Shown piece after piece: positions 12,101 through 23,134 of a stretch of DNA of 41,760 nucleotides. The first letter of the stretch is position 1. Each line of letters starts with the position of its first letter. The notes under the pieces are model-generated. The model was not told the DNA's origin and ran no database searches. It saw nothing but the letters and a program-made list of their open reading frames with translations. The translations under genes were made by a program, and so were the position numbers. The DNA comes from Macrostomum lignano (lineage: Eukaryota), in the NCBI GenBank assembly GCA_002269645.1, contig NIVC01002542.1, positions 1 to 41,760 on the forward strand, given 5' to 3'.

Positions 12101-15100
12101 CACTGAGGCGCAGTGCTGATTGGCGCACAGGGGTGTACTGAATACACTAGCGCTTATGGGAAAAATCCGACCTTCTGGCAGAATCGTCGAATATCTCGAC
12201 GGTCCGGAGGGCTGGCGACTTGATTCTTGTTTGAGAAGGTGCGCAACAAAAAGTTAGCCCGTGTTCTTGAATTTCGTGTGCCTGCGTTGCTCCGTTCCGG
12301 CGCAGCAAAAAGAATTGTCAGGGGGGGGGAATTTTTCCCCCCCTCTTGGTAGTTCGACGGGCGGAAAAATGGCTTGGTATTCCTACTGTTAATATGAACA
12401 ACTGTTCTCACCTGCCGACCTTCTTTGGATAGGAACTCCAGATCAAAGTAATCGATTTCTAGTAGTCGAAGCTTCTTAACCACTGCGTCGAATAACTCCT
12501 GGCCCGGGACTCGAGTCTGCGGAATGAGATCGTTGGCTAGATTAGCAATCCATTCTATTCCTGTGTTGTGAGTTGCGCCTCACAATGCCTTTGCCCCAAC
12601 CTCTGCGCTCTCCGCCTCTCCTCTCCCTGCCACTGGTTCATTCTGTTCTGCCACCCCACTCCGTCTTAAGCTGTCGTTATTCATTTTATTTTTCTTGTTT
12701 TCATTTTTATTGGCTGACGTATTTTCGTCTTTCTCTCTCGTTTGGGCCAGTCCAATTATGTCTCTCTCTCCGCGGAGGCACCTGATTGGCTAGCTTTCCC
12801 CCTTCTTTCTCTCCCGTTTGGGCCAGTCCAATCATGTCTCTCACCGCGGAGGCACCTGATTGTCTAGCTTTCCCCCTTCTTTCTCTCCCGTTTGGGCCAG
12901 TCCAATCATGTCTCTCACCGCGGAGGCACCTGATTGGCTAGCTTTCCCCCTTCTTTCTCTCCCGTTTGGGCCAGTCCAATCATGTCTCTCACCGCGGAGG
13001 CACCTGATTGGCTAGCTTCCCCCCTTCTTTCTCTCCCATTTAGGCCAGTCCAATCATGTCTCTCACCGCGGAGGCACCTGATTGGCTAGCTTTCCCCCTT
13101 CTTTCTCTCCCGTTTGGGCCAGTCCAATCATGTCTCTCACCGCGGAGGCACCTGATTGGCTAGCTTCCCCCCTTCTTTCTCTCCCGTTTGGGCCAGTCCA
13201 ATCGTGTCTCTCACCGCGGAGGCACCTGATTGGCTAGCCTTCCCCTTCGTTCTCTCTCGCCCTTCAACTCTATAAGTTTTGCCCCCCCCTACCCCACCCC
13301 AGCCCTGGGTGGCTCAGCTTCACCCAGCCCCCCCCCCTGCTCTCCCCCAGTATTTATGCGCGCGCACGGCCCTCGCCCTCCCGGCTCCTTCTACCACTAC
13401 TTACTTAGTTGCAAAAGTCAGAGCAAAACGAAATAAAGCGACAAGGCGAAGCCAGCCTGCATGAGCGCAGTGAGTGACCCCTCCCGGTAAGATAAAGTGT
13501 TACTCTTCATTTATTTATCATCTTCTAAATTCTGTGCTTTCATCACCGTCTTTATTCGGGTATGCGAAGTGTCCGTATGCCTTCAGATTCTTGTTCACCT
13601 CTGCTTTTGCTGAGTGGCCATTTGATCGCAGCCTCCTCATCTGCACCTCCCTCTTGCCGTAGGGCTGGACGAGTGTCTGTACGCTCCCAGTCCCTCCACT
13701 TCCGCCCCGAAGTGTCTGCACTCCTCGAAGGTCGCCGCTCTCCCGCCTTTCATACCTGGCAAGCTCTTGGTGGTCCCGTACCCGAACCACGAACACCCCG
13801 TCTGCGTCCGCACTGACGGAAGCGGAAAATACAACACCTGCATCTTTGTGGGCTAGATTAGCAATCCATTCTATTCCTGCATCCTTTTGGGCTAGATTAG
13901 CAATACATTCTATTCCTGCATCCTTGTGGGCTAGATTAGCAATCCATTCTATTCCTGCATCCTTGTGGGCTAGATTAGCAATCCACTCTATTCCTGCATC
14001 CTTGTGGGCTAGATTAGCGATCCATTGTATTCCTGTATCCTTGTGGGATAGATTAGCAATCCATTCTATCCCTGCATCTTTGTGGGATAGATTAGCAATC
14101 CATTCTATTCCTGCATCTTTGTGGGCTAGATTAGCAATCCATTCTATTCCTGCATCCTTGTGGGCTAGATTTGCAATCCATTCCATTCCTGCATCCAGGC
14201 GGCTCAGATACCAATCTCTAACACCCATCAGTGCTAATCAATGTCAGCGCCAAGTCAGGATAAACGCATTCCAGCAGCGCCAACAGAGCACACTGACAGG
14301 AGCTGCTCAGCCGCAGATGTGCCAGTTCTTGTCAGCCCTTCCACACTCAGTCAGTTGTGTCTCCCCGCAGCCTTTTTAACCGCTGGTCTTGAGAATTCCA
14401 CTCCCCCACCTAAGCCTCCCTCCCGCATCCCGTCCAGCCGCTCCTCTCATTAATAAGGAGAGAGCCATATTGAATTACCCTCGCACTGCTCAGTGGAGAA
14501 GAATTAAGCAAAGCCGAGAGCTGCTGAACAGCCGGAGAGACTCAGAGGGAGGGGTTGGGTGGATGGAGGTTTATGAGCCGGCAACAAATTGAATTTGCGC
14601 CGCAGAGTCGCCAGAATCCCCCCTGCCCGCCTCCCAGATGATCGGCGGGACTCAACATAATCTTCTAGTCGCTAGCGGATTCGAACCCCCGACTTCCCTT
14701 ATTTTCGATTAGATTTCTGAAAATTAATAAAAAACTGTCAAAATTGATGGCGTCGTCGAGATGTTAAGATCTGGAAGATTTGAGATCTATGAGATTTAGA
14801 GTGAAATCTATTAAATTTCAGGTCTAGGAGATCAACTGTCTGAGATCTATGAGAGCTACTGTATGACATCTATGAGAGCTACTGTCTGAGATCTATGAGA
14901 GCTACTGTATGACATCTATGAGAGCTACTGTCTGAGATCTATGAGAGCTACTGTCTGAGATCTATGAGAGCTACTGTATGACATCTATGAGATCTACTGT
15001 CTGAGATCTATGAGATCTACTGTCTGAGATCTATGAGAGCTACTGTCTGAGATCTATGAGATCTACTGTCTAAGATCTATGAGAGCTACTGTCTGAGATC

Positions 15101-15963
15101 TATGAGAGCTACTGTCTGAGATCTATGAGAGCTACTGTATGACATCTATGAGATCTACTGTCTGAGATCTATGAGATCTACTGTCTGAGATCTATGAGAG
15201 CTACTGTCTGAGATCTATGAGATCTACTGTCTGAGATCTATGAGAGCTACTGTCTGAGATCTATGAGATCTACTGTCTAAGATCTATGAGAGCTACTGTC
15301 TGAGATCTATGAGAGCTACTGTATGACATCTATGTTTTGGCATCCGGACTCAAAGCAGACAGGCAGTTTATATCGCCAATCTTTCCTCTTTGCCCTGCTC
15401 TGTTTGATTTGGCTTCAATCGTTTTCTTGCACCGGGACCCCAAATTGCTGCTTTTCCACTACAAAGGAAGTAGCTGGCAAAAGCCAACAGAATCAGCGGT
15501 TGAGCACGAACTCCTCGCTCTCTGTTGCGCGATTGTGGCTACCAGGAAATTGGCTTCGTCAAAGTGGAAACTAATTTGTTTGCTGCCGTGGGCCTGCGAG
15601 CCGAGTTTGCTTTAGTGAGCAGCCGCGCGCATGACATTTGGCATCTTCTGGGTCTCCGCGGGAAATCTTCTCTCGAGCTTTCTTACTCGCTTTTGCTGAG
15701 CAAAACTGTTCCTTTTTCTAATTTTCTTCTTTCTGCTTCAAATTTTCTGAGGAACTTCCCGTTTGATTTGAGTAATTCTACTCGGCCCTACTTAGCTAGA
15801 AGGAGTTCAGGCTACTCACCGGCACCTGAAAGGAATTCACGGTGTCATCGAGCAGCACAACCTTCACGGTAAGAGTCTTGTGCTGCTGCTGTTGCTGCTG
15901 TTGGTGCTGAGACAGCAGCGGCGACACGAGCCTCTGCTGGATGGTTCGCCGAATTTCCGACAT
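2948..15963 (-). CDS. FARP: FARP/CDEP-family FERM-domain protein, 5' part (7 coding exons covering the FERM N, B and C lobes; gene incomplete in this window)
   Basis: Exons 15963-15820, 12516-12412, 10702-10581, 9047-8950, 3531-3405, 3286-3199, 3103-2948, all GT-AG with compatible phases (0,0,2,1,2,0). Joined peptide includes [27 protein letters not shown]...[35 protein letters not shown] and [13 protein letters not shown]...[23 protein letters not shown]. The last motif is typical of FARP1/FARP2/FRMD7/CDEP. Confidence 0.88.
3199..3286 (-). CDS. FARP: FARP-like exon 6
   Basis: TACCAG/GTAAGA boundaries; [29 protein letters not shown]. Confidence 0.9.
3405..3531 (-). CDS. FARP: FARP-like exon 5
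   Basis: TTATAG/GTAAGC boundaries; [10 protein letters not shown]...[10 protein letters not shown]. Confidence 0.88.
3588..3890. repeat. G-rich 33-37 bp minisatellite (core GGCGTGAGGTGGGTG[C/T]CGG)
   Basis: Read directly. It is the reverse complement of the 8505-8880 array. Confidence 0.9.
4903..6140. repeat. 33-bp minisatellite (CCTTCTCTCCCGTGTCCTTCAGGGGTCCACTAG), with a 101-bp higher-order unit in the distal part
   Basis: Read directly. The 11-aa periodicity in the ORF track ([11 protein letters not shown]) matches. Confidence 0.95.
6726..7892. repeat. 34-bp minisatellite (CCTTCCCGATCCTTCAGGCACTGCTGTGACTGCA), about 34 copies
   Basis: Read directly; very homogeneous. Confidence 0.95.
8505..8880. 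repeat. 30-bp C-rich minisatellite (CCTCCCGACACCCACCTCACGCCCAGCACC)
   Basis: Read directly; 10-aa periodicity in the ORF track. Confidence 0.92.
8950..9047 (-). CDS. FARP: FARP-like exon 4
   Basis: TTTGCAG/GTGAGC boundaries; [32 protein letters not shown]. Confidence 0.9.
10581..10702 (-). CDS. FARP: FARP-like exon 3
   Basis: CCCGCAG/GTGAGA boundaries; [12 protein letters not shown]...[18 protein letters not shown]. Confidence 0.9.
11006..12355. mobile_element. Foldback/MITE-like element with ~530 bp inverted arms and a short AT-rich centre
   Basis: 11006-~11537 is the reverse complement of ~11819-12355, with scattered mismatches. Termini are GAACTACCAAG-G(n)-AAATT-C(n). The left arm has an extra ~140 bp subrepeat. 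No TSD or transposase found. Confidence 0.75.
12412..12516 (-). CDS. FARP: FARP-like exon 2
   Basis: TTCCGCAG/GTGAGA boundaries; [35 protein letters not shown]. Confidence 0.9.
12564..13836 (+). mobile_element. Solo-LTR-like insertion (1,273 bp)
   Basis: Starts TGTTGT and ends ACAACA, with CCTG duplicated on both sides (12560-12563, 13837-13840). Removing it restores an intact 39-bp minisatellite unit. Internal CCAAT repeats, TATAA at ~13271 and AATAAA at ~13432 suggest plus orientation (inference). Confidence 0.75.
12741..13250. repeat. ~74-bp tandem repeat x7 inside the LTR, each unit with facing CCAATCA/TGATTGG boxes
   Basis: Unit TTGGGCCAGTCCAATCATGTCTCTCACCGCGGAGGCACCTGATTGGCTAGCTTTCCCCCTTCTTTCTCTCCCGT. 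Confidence 0.92.
13837..14195. repeat. 39-bp minisatellite (CTGCATCCTTGTGGGCTAGATTAGCAATCCATTCTATTC), about 9 copies, plus a split-off partial copy at 12536-12563
   Basis: Read directly; 13-aa periodicity in the ORF track. Confidence 0.93.
14833..15333. repeat. 23-bp minisatellite (GAGATCTATGAGAGCTACTGTCT), about 21 copies
   Basis: Read directly. Confidence 0.95.
15820..15963 (-). CDS. FARP: FARP-like first coding exon with a poly-Gln tract
   Basis: GCCATCATG start, in-frame upstream stop, [54 protein letters not shown] donor, phase 0. Confidence 0.85.
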
Positions 15964-17767
15964 GATGGCGCCGTCGCCGGCTTCAGCAGCAGCCGAGGCC
16001 GTGAAGGATTGGCTTCGATGCCGCTGGAGTGGTGCAGTGCGGTGTTGCTATGCAGGCCTGAGCACGTGAGCTAACTAGTAGTCTATGGCAGCAACTCAAG
16101 CTCAAGTGTAGCTTATGCAATTCTTGATCACTACTGGCGGTCTGTTTGAGCGGGGGTAAATTGCTCCGTCTTTTCGGGTGGGAGGGCTGCTTGGGGTTAG
16201 GCGAGAGCAACTGGCTGTAATGGGGGGAGAAGGCAGTTTGGCAGGGAATGGAAGGGTGAGAGAGAGAGAAAGAGAGAGAGAGAGTTTTTAAAGAAGAAAA
16301 ATAGCGCCAAGGAAGTGGCAGCAATATTGCTTTTAGAAGCTTGGCTTGGCTGGGGGTTGAAGCCTGGACGCGTTCGGCTGCCGAAGCGGTCGCTGCCGGG
16401 GCGATGGGGAGCCGCTACTGCACTCTTCCTCCTTCGCTGGCGAAATAGAACGAGGTGAAGCCAAAGACAGACAGAGGGAAGTGAAGGGTCGGTTGGAATG
16501 GGGGAGTGGAAGAGGGAGAGAGGGGAAAATAGAAAAGAATGACGAGTGGGGGAACCAAGCCGCTGTGCCGGCCAATTGTGCCAGCTAGCCAATGGGAACT
16601 TTCGCCCTAAATAGGAGAATCAGGCGAAGCAAGGGGGTCCGCAGCCCCCCCCTGGTTTTGGCGTGCGAATACATGCTGCACACGTTAGTTTTGTGTTCTA
16701 CTTGCACTGCGAGAAAAAAATGGCTTAATTTAGTGTTTGCTGATGATTTGTCGATAAGGTTTGGCCAGCAATCAATTATATATACTGACCTGAAAAAATA
16801 AATTAGCCGTTAGAATTCAAATTGACAGTACGCGTTCTTCTTTCAGTATTACTTACGAACTGCTGCATTCGATTAATCTTCTAGTCCGTATCGAATTTCA
16901 CTGTCTATAATTTGGTTAATGGATTATAAGATGGGGAAATAGTTGCGCGTCTCCTTCCTACTGTCTTGGAGGAATCAACTGCTACATCAGTTGCAGACAG
17001 ACACAAAAAACTCAGTGCTTTTAAGCAGTCTTCAAATGTTTTTTGAACCTTTGATTGATAATTAATAATGCAGAGTACTCAGTGGCATTCCAAATAAATA
17101 ACCATATGCAGACCGCAGTGTAACATAAAGATTGTTTTTGTCATTGGTAATAGAGTCCACCTATAATTAAAGTCTCTTGAACTTGTACTAAAACGTGCGA
17201 ACTAAGAATTTGAATGTATAAATCGAATGTTAATAAGATATGTATTTTAACGACAATTTATTAATATATAAATACCTACACATCTTCATGTTTCGCAGTA
17301 TAACAGCAAATCAGTATGTCCTTTTGTTTACGACTCTAACAATTGTGGCAATCTCTAAGAGACAAAATCGGACACTACATTTAAATTGACTACAACTTAT
17401 TGTCCAAAGAATATAATAAGTAAATTTTCATAAAATTAATAGTATTAATAAACTGACATCAGTTTTCGATGCAACAAAACGTGATTAAGTAATAGGTAAT
17501 TTTAGTTTACAACATGGTAGTAAATTATCTTGAGATCCAACTAAAATGAAATTCTAGTGTTAAAAACCAGTTTTTTAAAGAATAAAGTAACTTTTTTGAA
17601 CATTTTAGAGACATTTTAAACAATAATGTAGGCATATGACAAAAAGCCAGCTCCTTTTCATATTCTTCTTACTAAAGACATATGTTACTCTTGTATAAAG
17701 CCTAGAAATATGAAATCATATTCATACAAGTAAGTTTTTTTAAGAGTGATGGCAACAAAAAGCGGGC

Positions 17768-18460
17768 ATCTGCAGATTAGCAAGCACCCCCCAGATATTA
17801 TAGAAGCATCCACCCAGATAGCAAGCATCCACTCAGATAGCAAGCATTCTGCAGATATCAAGCACCCCAGATATTATAGAAGCATCCTGCAGATAGCAAG
17901 CACCCCCCAGATATTATAGAAGCATCCACCCAGATAGCAAGCATCCACTCAGATAGCAAGCATTCTGCAGATATCAAGCACCCCAGATATTATAGAAGCA
18001 TCCTGCAGATAGCAAGCACCCCCCAGATATTATAGAAGCATTCTGCAGATAGCAAGCACCCCCAGATATTATAGAAGCATTCTGCAGATAGCAAGCACCC
18101 CCCAGATATTATAGAAGCATTCTGCAGATATCAAGCACCCCAGATATTATAGAAGCATCCTGCAGATAGCAAGCACCCCCCCAGATATTATAGAAGCATT
18201 CTGCAGATAGCAAGCACCCCCAGATATTATAGAAGCATTCTGCAGATAGCAAGCACCCCCCAGATATTATAGAAGCATCCACCCAGATAGCAAGCATCCT
18301 GCAGATAGCAAGAATCCCTAAATAGCAAGCATCCTGCAGATAGCAAGAATCCCTGAATAGCAAGCATCCCTGGATAGAAAGAATCCCATGCATGTAGCCA
18401 GTACCCCCTCTCCCAAATAGCAAGTATCCCCCTCGAGAGCAAGCATCCACGAGACAGCAA
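17768..18460. repeat. CAGATAGCAAGCATCC-family minisatellite (17-19 bp core with ~39 bp composite units), copy 1
   Basis: Read directly; same family as 21797-22370. Confidence 0.9.
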
Positions 18461-18564
18461 GTAGCTAGTGCAAATGTTACTTCCGCTAATGCAATAATCG
18501 CTTTCTCAGGTTGTGCAACAATCCACGTCTCAGCGAGCGCAATAATCTCTTTTTTAGACAGCGC

Positions 18565-20965
18565 AGTAATCAGCTTCTCAGCTAGTGCAATAATCCTTGG
18601 TTTATTAATAGCAATAATCCTTGATTAATCAAGTGCAATAATCCTTGGTTTATCAAGTGCAATAATCCTTGGTTTATCAAGTGCAGTAATCTTTGGCTTA
18701 TCAAGTGCAATAATCCTTGGTTTATCAAGTGCAATAATCCTTTGTTTATCAAGTGCAATAATCCTTGGCTTATCAAGTGCAATAATCCTTGGTTTATTAA
18801 GTGCAATAATCCTTGGTTTATCAAGTGCAATAATCCTTGGTTTATCTAGCGCAGTAATCCTTGGCTTATCAGGTGCAATAATCCTTGGTTTATCAAGTGC
18901 AATATTTGTTTATCAAGTGCAATAATCCTTGGTTTATCAAGTGAAATAATCCTTGGTTTATCAAGTGCAATAATCCTTGGCTTATCAACTGCAATAATCC
19001 TTGGTTTATCAAGCGCAGTAATCTTTGGCCTATCAAGTGCAATAATCCTTGGTTTATCAAGTGCAGTAATCCTTGGCCTATCAAGTGCAATAATCCTTGG
19101 TTTATCAAGTGCAATAATCCTTGGTTTATCAAGTGCAATAATCCTTGGTTTATCAAGTGCAATAATCCTTGGCTTATCAACTGCAATAATCCTTGGTTTA
19201 TCAAGTGCAATAGTCCTTGGTTTATCAAGCGCAGTAATCCTTGGCCTATCAAGTGCAATAATCCTTGGCTTATCAAGTGCAATAATCCTTGGTTTATCAA
19301 GTGCAATAATCCTTGGTTTATCAAGTGCAGTAATCCTTGGCCTATCAAGTGCAATAATCCTTGGTTTGCCAAGAGCAATAATCCTTAGTTTATCGAGTGC
19401 AGTAATCCTTAGTTTTCCAAGTGCAGTAATCCTTGGTTTATTAAGAGCAATAATCCTTGGCTTATCGAGTGCAGTAATCCTTGGTTTGCCAAGAGCAATA
19501 ATCCTTGGTTTATCAAGTGCAATAATCCTTGGTTTATCAAGTGCAATAATCCTTGGTTTATCAAGTGCAATAATCCTTGGTTTATCAGATGCAATAATCC
19601 TTGGCTTATCAACTGCAATAATCCTTGGTTTATCAGATGCAATAATCCTTGGCTTATCAACTGCAATAATCCTTGGTTTATCAAGTGCAATAATCCTTGG
19701 TTTATCAAGCGCAGTAATCTTTGGCCTATCAAGTGCAATAATCCTTGGTTTATCAAGTGCAATAATCCTTGGTTTATCAAGTGCAATAATCTTTGGTTTA
19801 TCAGATGCAATAATCCTTGGCTTATCAACTGCAATAATCCTTGGTTTATCAAGTGCAATAATCCTTGGCTTATCAAGTGCAATAATCCTTGGTTTATCAA
19901 GCGCAGTAATCTTTGGCCTATCAAGTGCAATAATCCTTGGTTTATCAAGTGCAGTAATCCTTGGCCTATCAAGTGCAATAATCCTTGGTTTATCAAGTGC
20001 AATAGTCTTTGGTTTATCGAGTGCAGTAATCCTTAGTTTTCCAAGTGCAGTAATCCTTGGTTTATTAAGAGCAATAATCCTTGGTTTATCGAGTGCAGTA
20101 GTCCTTGGTTTATTAATATCAATAATCCTTGAATAATCCAGTGCATTAATCCTTGGCTTATCAAGTGCAACATTCTTTACTATCAAGTGCAATAATCCAT
20201 GGCTTATCAAGTGCAATAATCCTTGGCTTATCAAGTGCAATAATCCTTGGTTTATCAAGTGCAATAATCCTTTGTTTATCAAGTGCAATAATCCTTTGTT
20301 TATCAAGTGCAATAATCCTTTGTTTATCAAGTGCAATAATCCTTGGTTTATCAAGCGCAGTAATCCTTGGCTTATCAAGTGCAATAATCCTTGGTTTATC
20401 AAGTGCAATAATCCTTGGTTTATCAAGCGCAGTAATCTTTGGCCTATCAAGTGCAATAGTCCTTGGTTTATCGAGTGCAGTAATCCTTGGTTTTCCAAGT
20501 GCAATAATCCTTGGCTTCTTGAGTGCAGTAATCCTTGGTTTGCCAAGAGCAATAGTCCTTGGTTTATCGAGTGCAGTAATCCTTGGTTTTCCAAGTGCAG
20601 TAATCCTTGGTTTATTAATAGCAATAATCCTTGGCTTCTTGAGTGCAGTAATCCTTGGTTTGCCAAGAGCAATAGTCCTTGGTTTATCGAGTGCATTAAT
20701 CCTTGGTTTTCCAAGTGCAATAATTCTTGGCTTCTTGAGTGCAGTAATCCTTGGTTTGCCAAGAGCAATAGTCCTTGGTTTATCGAGTGCAGTAATCCTT
20801 GGTTTTCCAAGTGCCGTAATCCTTGGTTTATTAATAGCAATAATCCTTGATTAATCAAGTGCAGTAATCTTTGGTTTGCCAAGAGCAATAGTCCTTGGTT
20901 TATCGAGTGCAGTAGTCCTTGGTTTATTAATAGCAATAATCCTTGGCTTATCGAGTGCAGTAATT
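18565..20965. repeat. 24-bp satellite array (TCAAGTGCAATAATCCTTGGTTTA), about 100 copies
   Basis: Read directly. It explains the 696-aa ALDKPRII/LLHLINQG ORFs. Confidence 0.97.
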
Positions 20966-21656
20966 TAAGTGTTTTTATTTAGTCCTTTAATAAAACCTTT
21001 TAATAAAAAATTTTACACTACTACTTTTAAACTACTTAGATTCGAACCTAGGTCGCTGCATTAGCAGTCTGGTCTGTTCAGCTCTAGGCTAGCTCTCATC
21101 GAAGTTATCAGTGATGTTGTACCACTTATATAATTCAACACTCACACCAAGTCAGGTAGAGTAAAAAGTCTCACGAAGCAGTTATGACATAATCAATTTC
21201 TTAGGCAAGTCAGTACCAGTGTCTATGAAAGTTTACAATATGGTTACGTAATATAAATTCAGTACTGCGCTATGCTTTCACACTCAAAGCTGTGACGCAA
21301 TTCAATTGAGTGTCAAATTCAGCCAGTACACAGACGATAAATAAAGTGTATTGTGATGCAATCTATTTCAGAATCAGAATTCAACCAGTCAGTTTTTCTG
21401 CTAGCATTCTTACGATGCATTTCAAGTCGAAAGAGCTGCTTGACCTTTGCAAAAAAGCATGTTTTTCGAATATTTAATCCCTTTAGCATCAAGCAATTTC
21501 TTAGCCACGATGCATGTACTGTCACGGGAAAATTTCTGATCGAACAGTGCAAGTTCGAAGAAAATCGGTTGAGCCGTTTTTGCTAAAATCAATCACACAC
21601 ACACACACATACACACACACACATACCGACAGACCATTTTTAGTATATTGGACTAG
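20966..21656 (+). mobile_element. Dispersed-repeat tail, copy 1 (Helitron/Helentron non-autonomous-like 3' region)
   Basis: Colinear homology with 40745-41338. Ends AAGTTCGAAGAAAATCGGTTGAGCCG-(CA)n-CAGACCATTTTTAGTATATTGGACTAG. The homology is observed; the class is inferred. Confidence 0.55.
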
Positions 21657-21796
21657 CAATCTTCGCCCCCCGATGGGGGACATCTGGATAGAATCTCTGT
21701 TCTCTACAATTAACAAAAAGACAGCCAAAAAATCCTTCACAAAGACAACAGACAAACTGCTCAAATGAAGTGAATTGCAATAAGAAATCTTCCCAA

Positions 21797-22370
21797 GACC
21801 ACAAGCATCCCCCAGATAGCAAGCATCCTCCAGATAGCAAGCATTCTCCCAGATAGCAAGCATTTCCCAGATAGCAAGCATCCCCAAGATAGCAAGCATC
21901 CTCCAGATAGCAAGCATCCCCAGATAGCAAGCATCCCCCAGATAGCAAGCATCCCCCAGATAGCAAACATCCCCCAGATAGCAAGCATCCCCAAGATAGC
22001 AAGCATTCCGCAGATAGCAAGCATCCCCCAGATAGCAAGCATCCCCAAGATAGCAAGCATCCCTCAGATAGCAAGCATACCCCAAGATAGCAAGCATCCC
22101 TCAGATAGCAAGCATACCCCAGATAGCAAGCATCCCCCAGATAGCAAGCATCACTCAGATAGCAAGCATCCCTCAGATAGCAAGCATCCACCAGATAGCA
22201 AGCATCCCCCAGATAGCAAACATCCCCAGATAGCAAGCATCCCCCAGATAGCAAGCATTCCCCAGATAGCAAGCATTCCCCAGATAGCAAGCATCCCCCA
22301 GAAAGCAAGCATCCTCCAAATAGCAAGCATCCCCAAGATAGATAGCATCCCCAAATAGCAACCATCCACC
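21797..22370. repeat. CAGATAGCAAGCATCCCC-family minisatellite (17-19 bp), copy 2
   Basis: Read directly. Confidence 0.92.
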
Positions 22371-22470
22371 AGACAATAAGTAGCTAGAGCGACAATTTCC
22401 TTAGCTTTATAGTGGCTCCTTTAAATTGGCATGGCGCTTTATACCTTTACATTTGAAATTGGATATCTTG

Positions 22471-22575
22471 AATGTTTGACATGGTGGCTCTTTTATGTTT
22501 GACATAGTGGCTCTTCTATGTTTGACATGGTGGCTCTTTTATGTTTGACATAGTGGCTCTTTTATGTTCGACATG
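22471..22575. repeat. 23-bp satellite (TGTTTGACATGGTGGCTCTTTAA), left part, interrupted by the Maverick
   Basis: Continues in register at 37304 once the element and one TSD copy are removed. Confidence 0.92.
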
Positions 22576-22678
22576 AGTAGTATACGTTTTTTTGACACAA
22601 AGCCGATTTCCTTATGGCGAAATACATAGTAAGTACAGGCCCAAAAAAATGGCAGAGTCCGAAATTTCATGTGCACGC
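22576..22678 (+). repeat. Left TIR of the Maverick
   Basis: First 84 bp match the reverse complement of 37220-37303 perfectly; 4 mismatches in the next 19 bp. Confidence 0.95.
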
Positions 22679-23134
22679 AGTCTGAAATTCCATGTGCACG
22701 CAGTCTGAAATTCCAAGTGCACGCTAAATATCTTTTACGCAACGTGATTATTCAGACGAATTGCATATCCACCTGTCCAAAATACAAGTAACCGATTCTA
22801 GCAATGGTGACACAAACACACTTCAAAGGATTCCATTCAAGACAAATTTACTCCAAAGCTATTCACACATTTCAAGTGTTTTTGAAATATTGAAAACTTG
22901 TGAATATTATCACCCTTTTGAAGAAAGATAGTAAATGATCTATTCTTGAGTGCCTATAGAATTTTTGCACCAACTTGAGCAGATGGTTTACAGATACTAT
23001 GTCAACAACTGCGTCAACATGCTTCTTCTTTATACTATATATATATACGAACACACTGACACAGAAAATATTAAATAACTTAAACCAAGTTTACATTATA
23101 CTACTTGTTCAACTATACTTACATCTTAAGTGAA

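Noticed and set aside
13518-14228. 236-aa minus-strand ORF ending near an AATAAA, resembling a terminal exon
   Set aside because: The first half is the 39-bp repeat and the second half lies inside the TSD-flanked LTR-like insertion; no recognisable domain.
14665-14700. B-box-like GGGGGTTCGAATCC on the minus strand
   Set aside because: No A-box or cloverleaf upstream; not supportable as a tRNA or SINE.
16100-16650. GA-rich tract, CCAAT and TAAATA motifs upstream of the FARP start as a defined promoter
   Set aside because: Position is plausible, but the motifs are short and common and the transcription start cannot be placed from sequence alone.
18582-20936. 696-aa and overlapping ORFs (ALDKPRII, LLHLINQG, SSAIILGL)
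   Set aside because: They are translations of the 24-bp satellite. A unit length divisible by 3 keeps several frames open on both strands; no unique domain or splice context.
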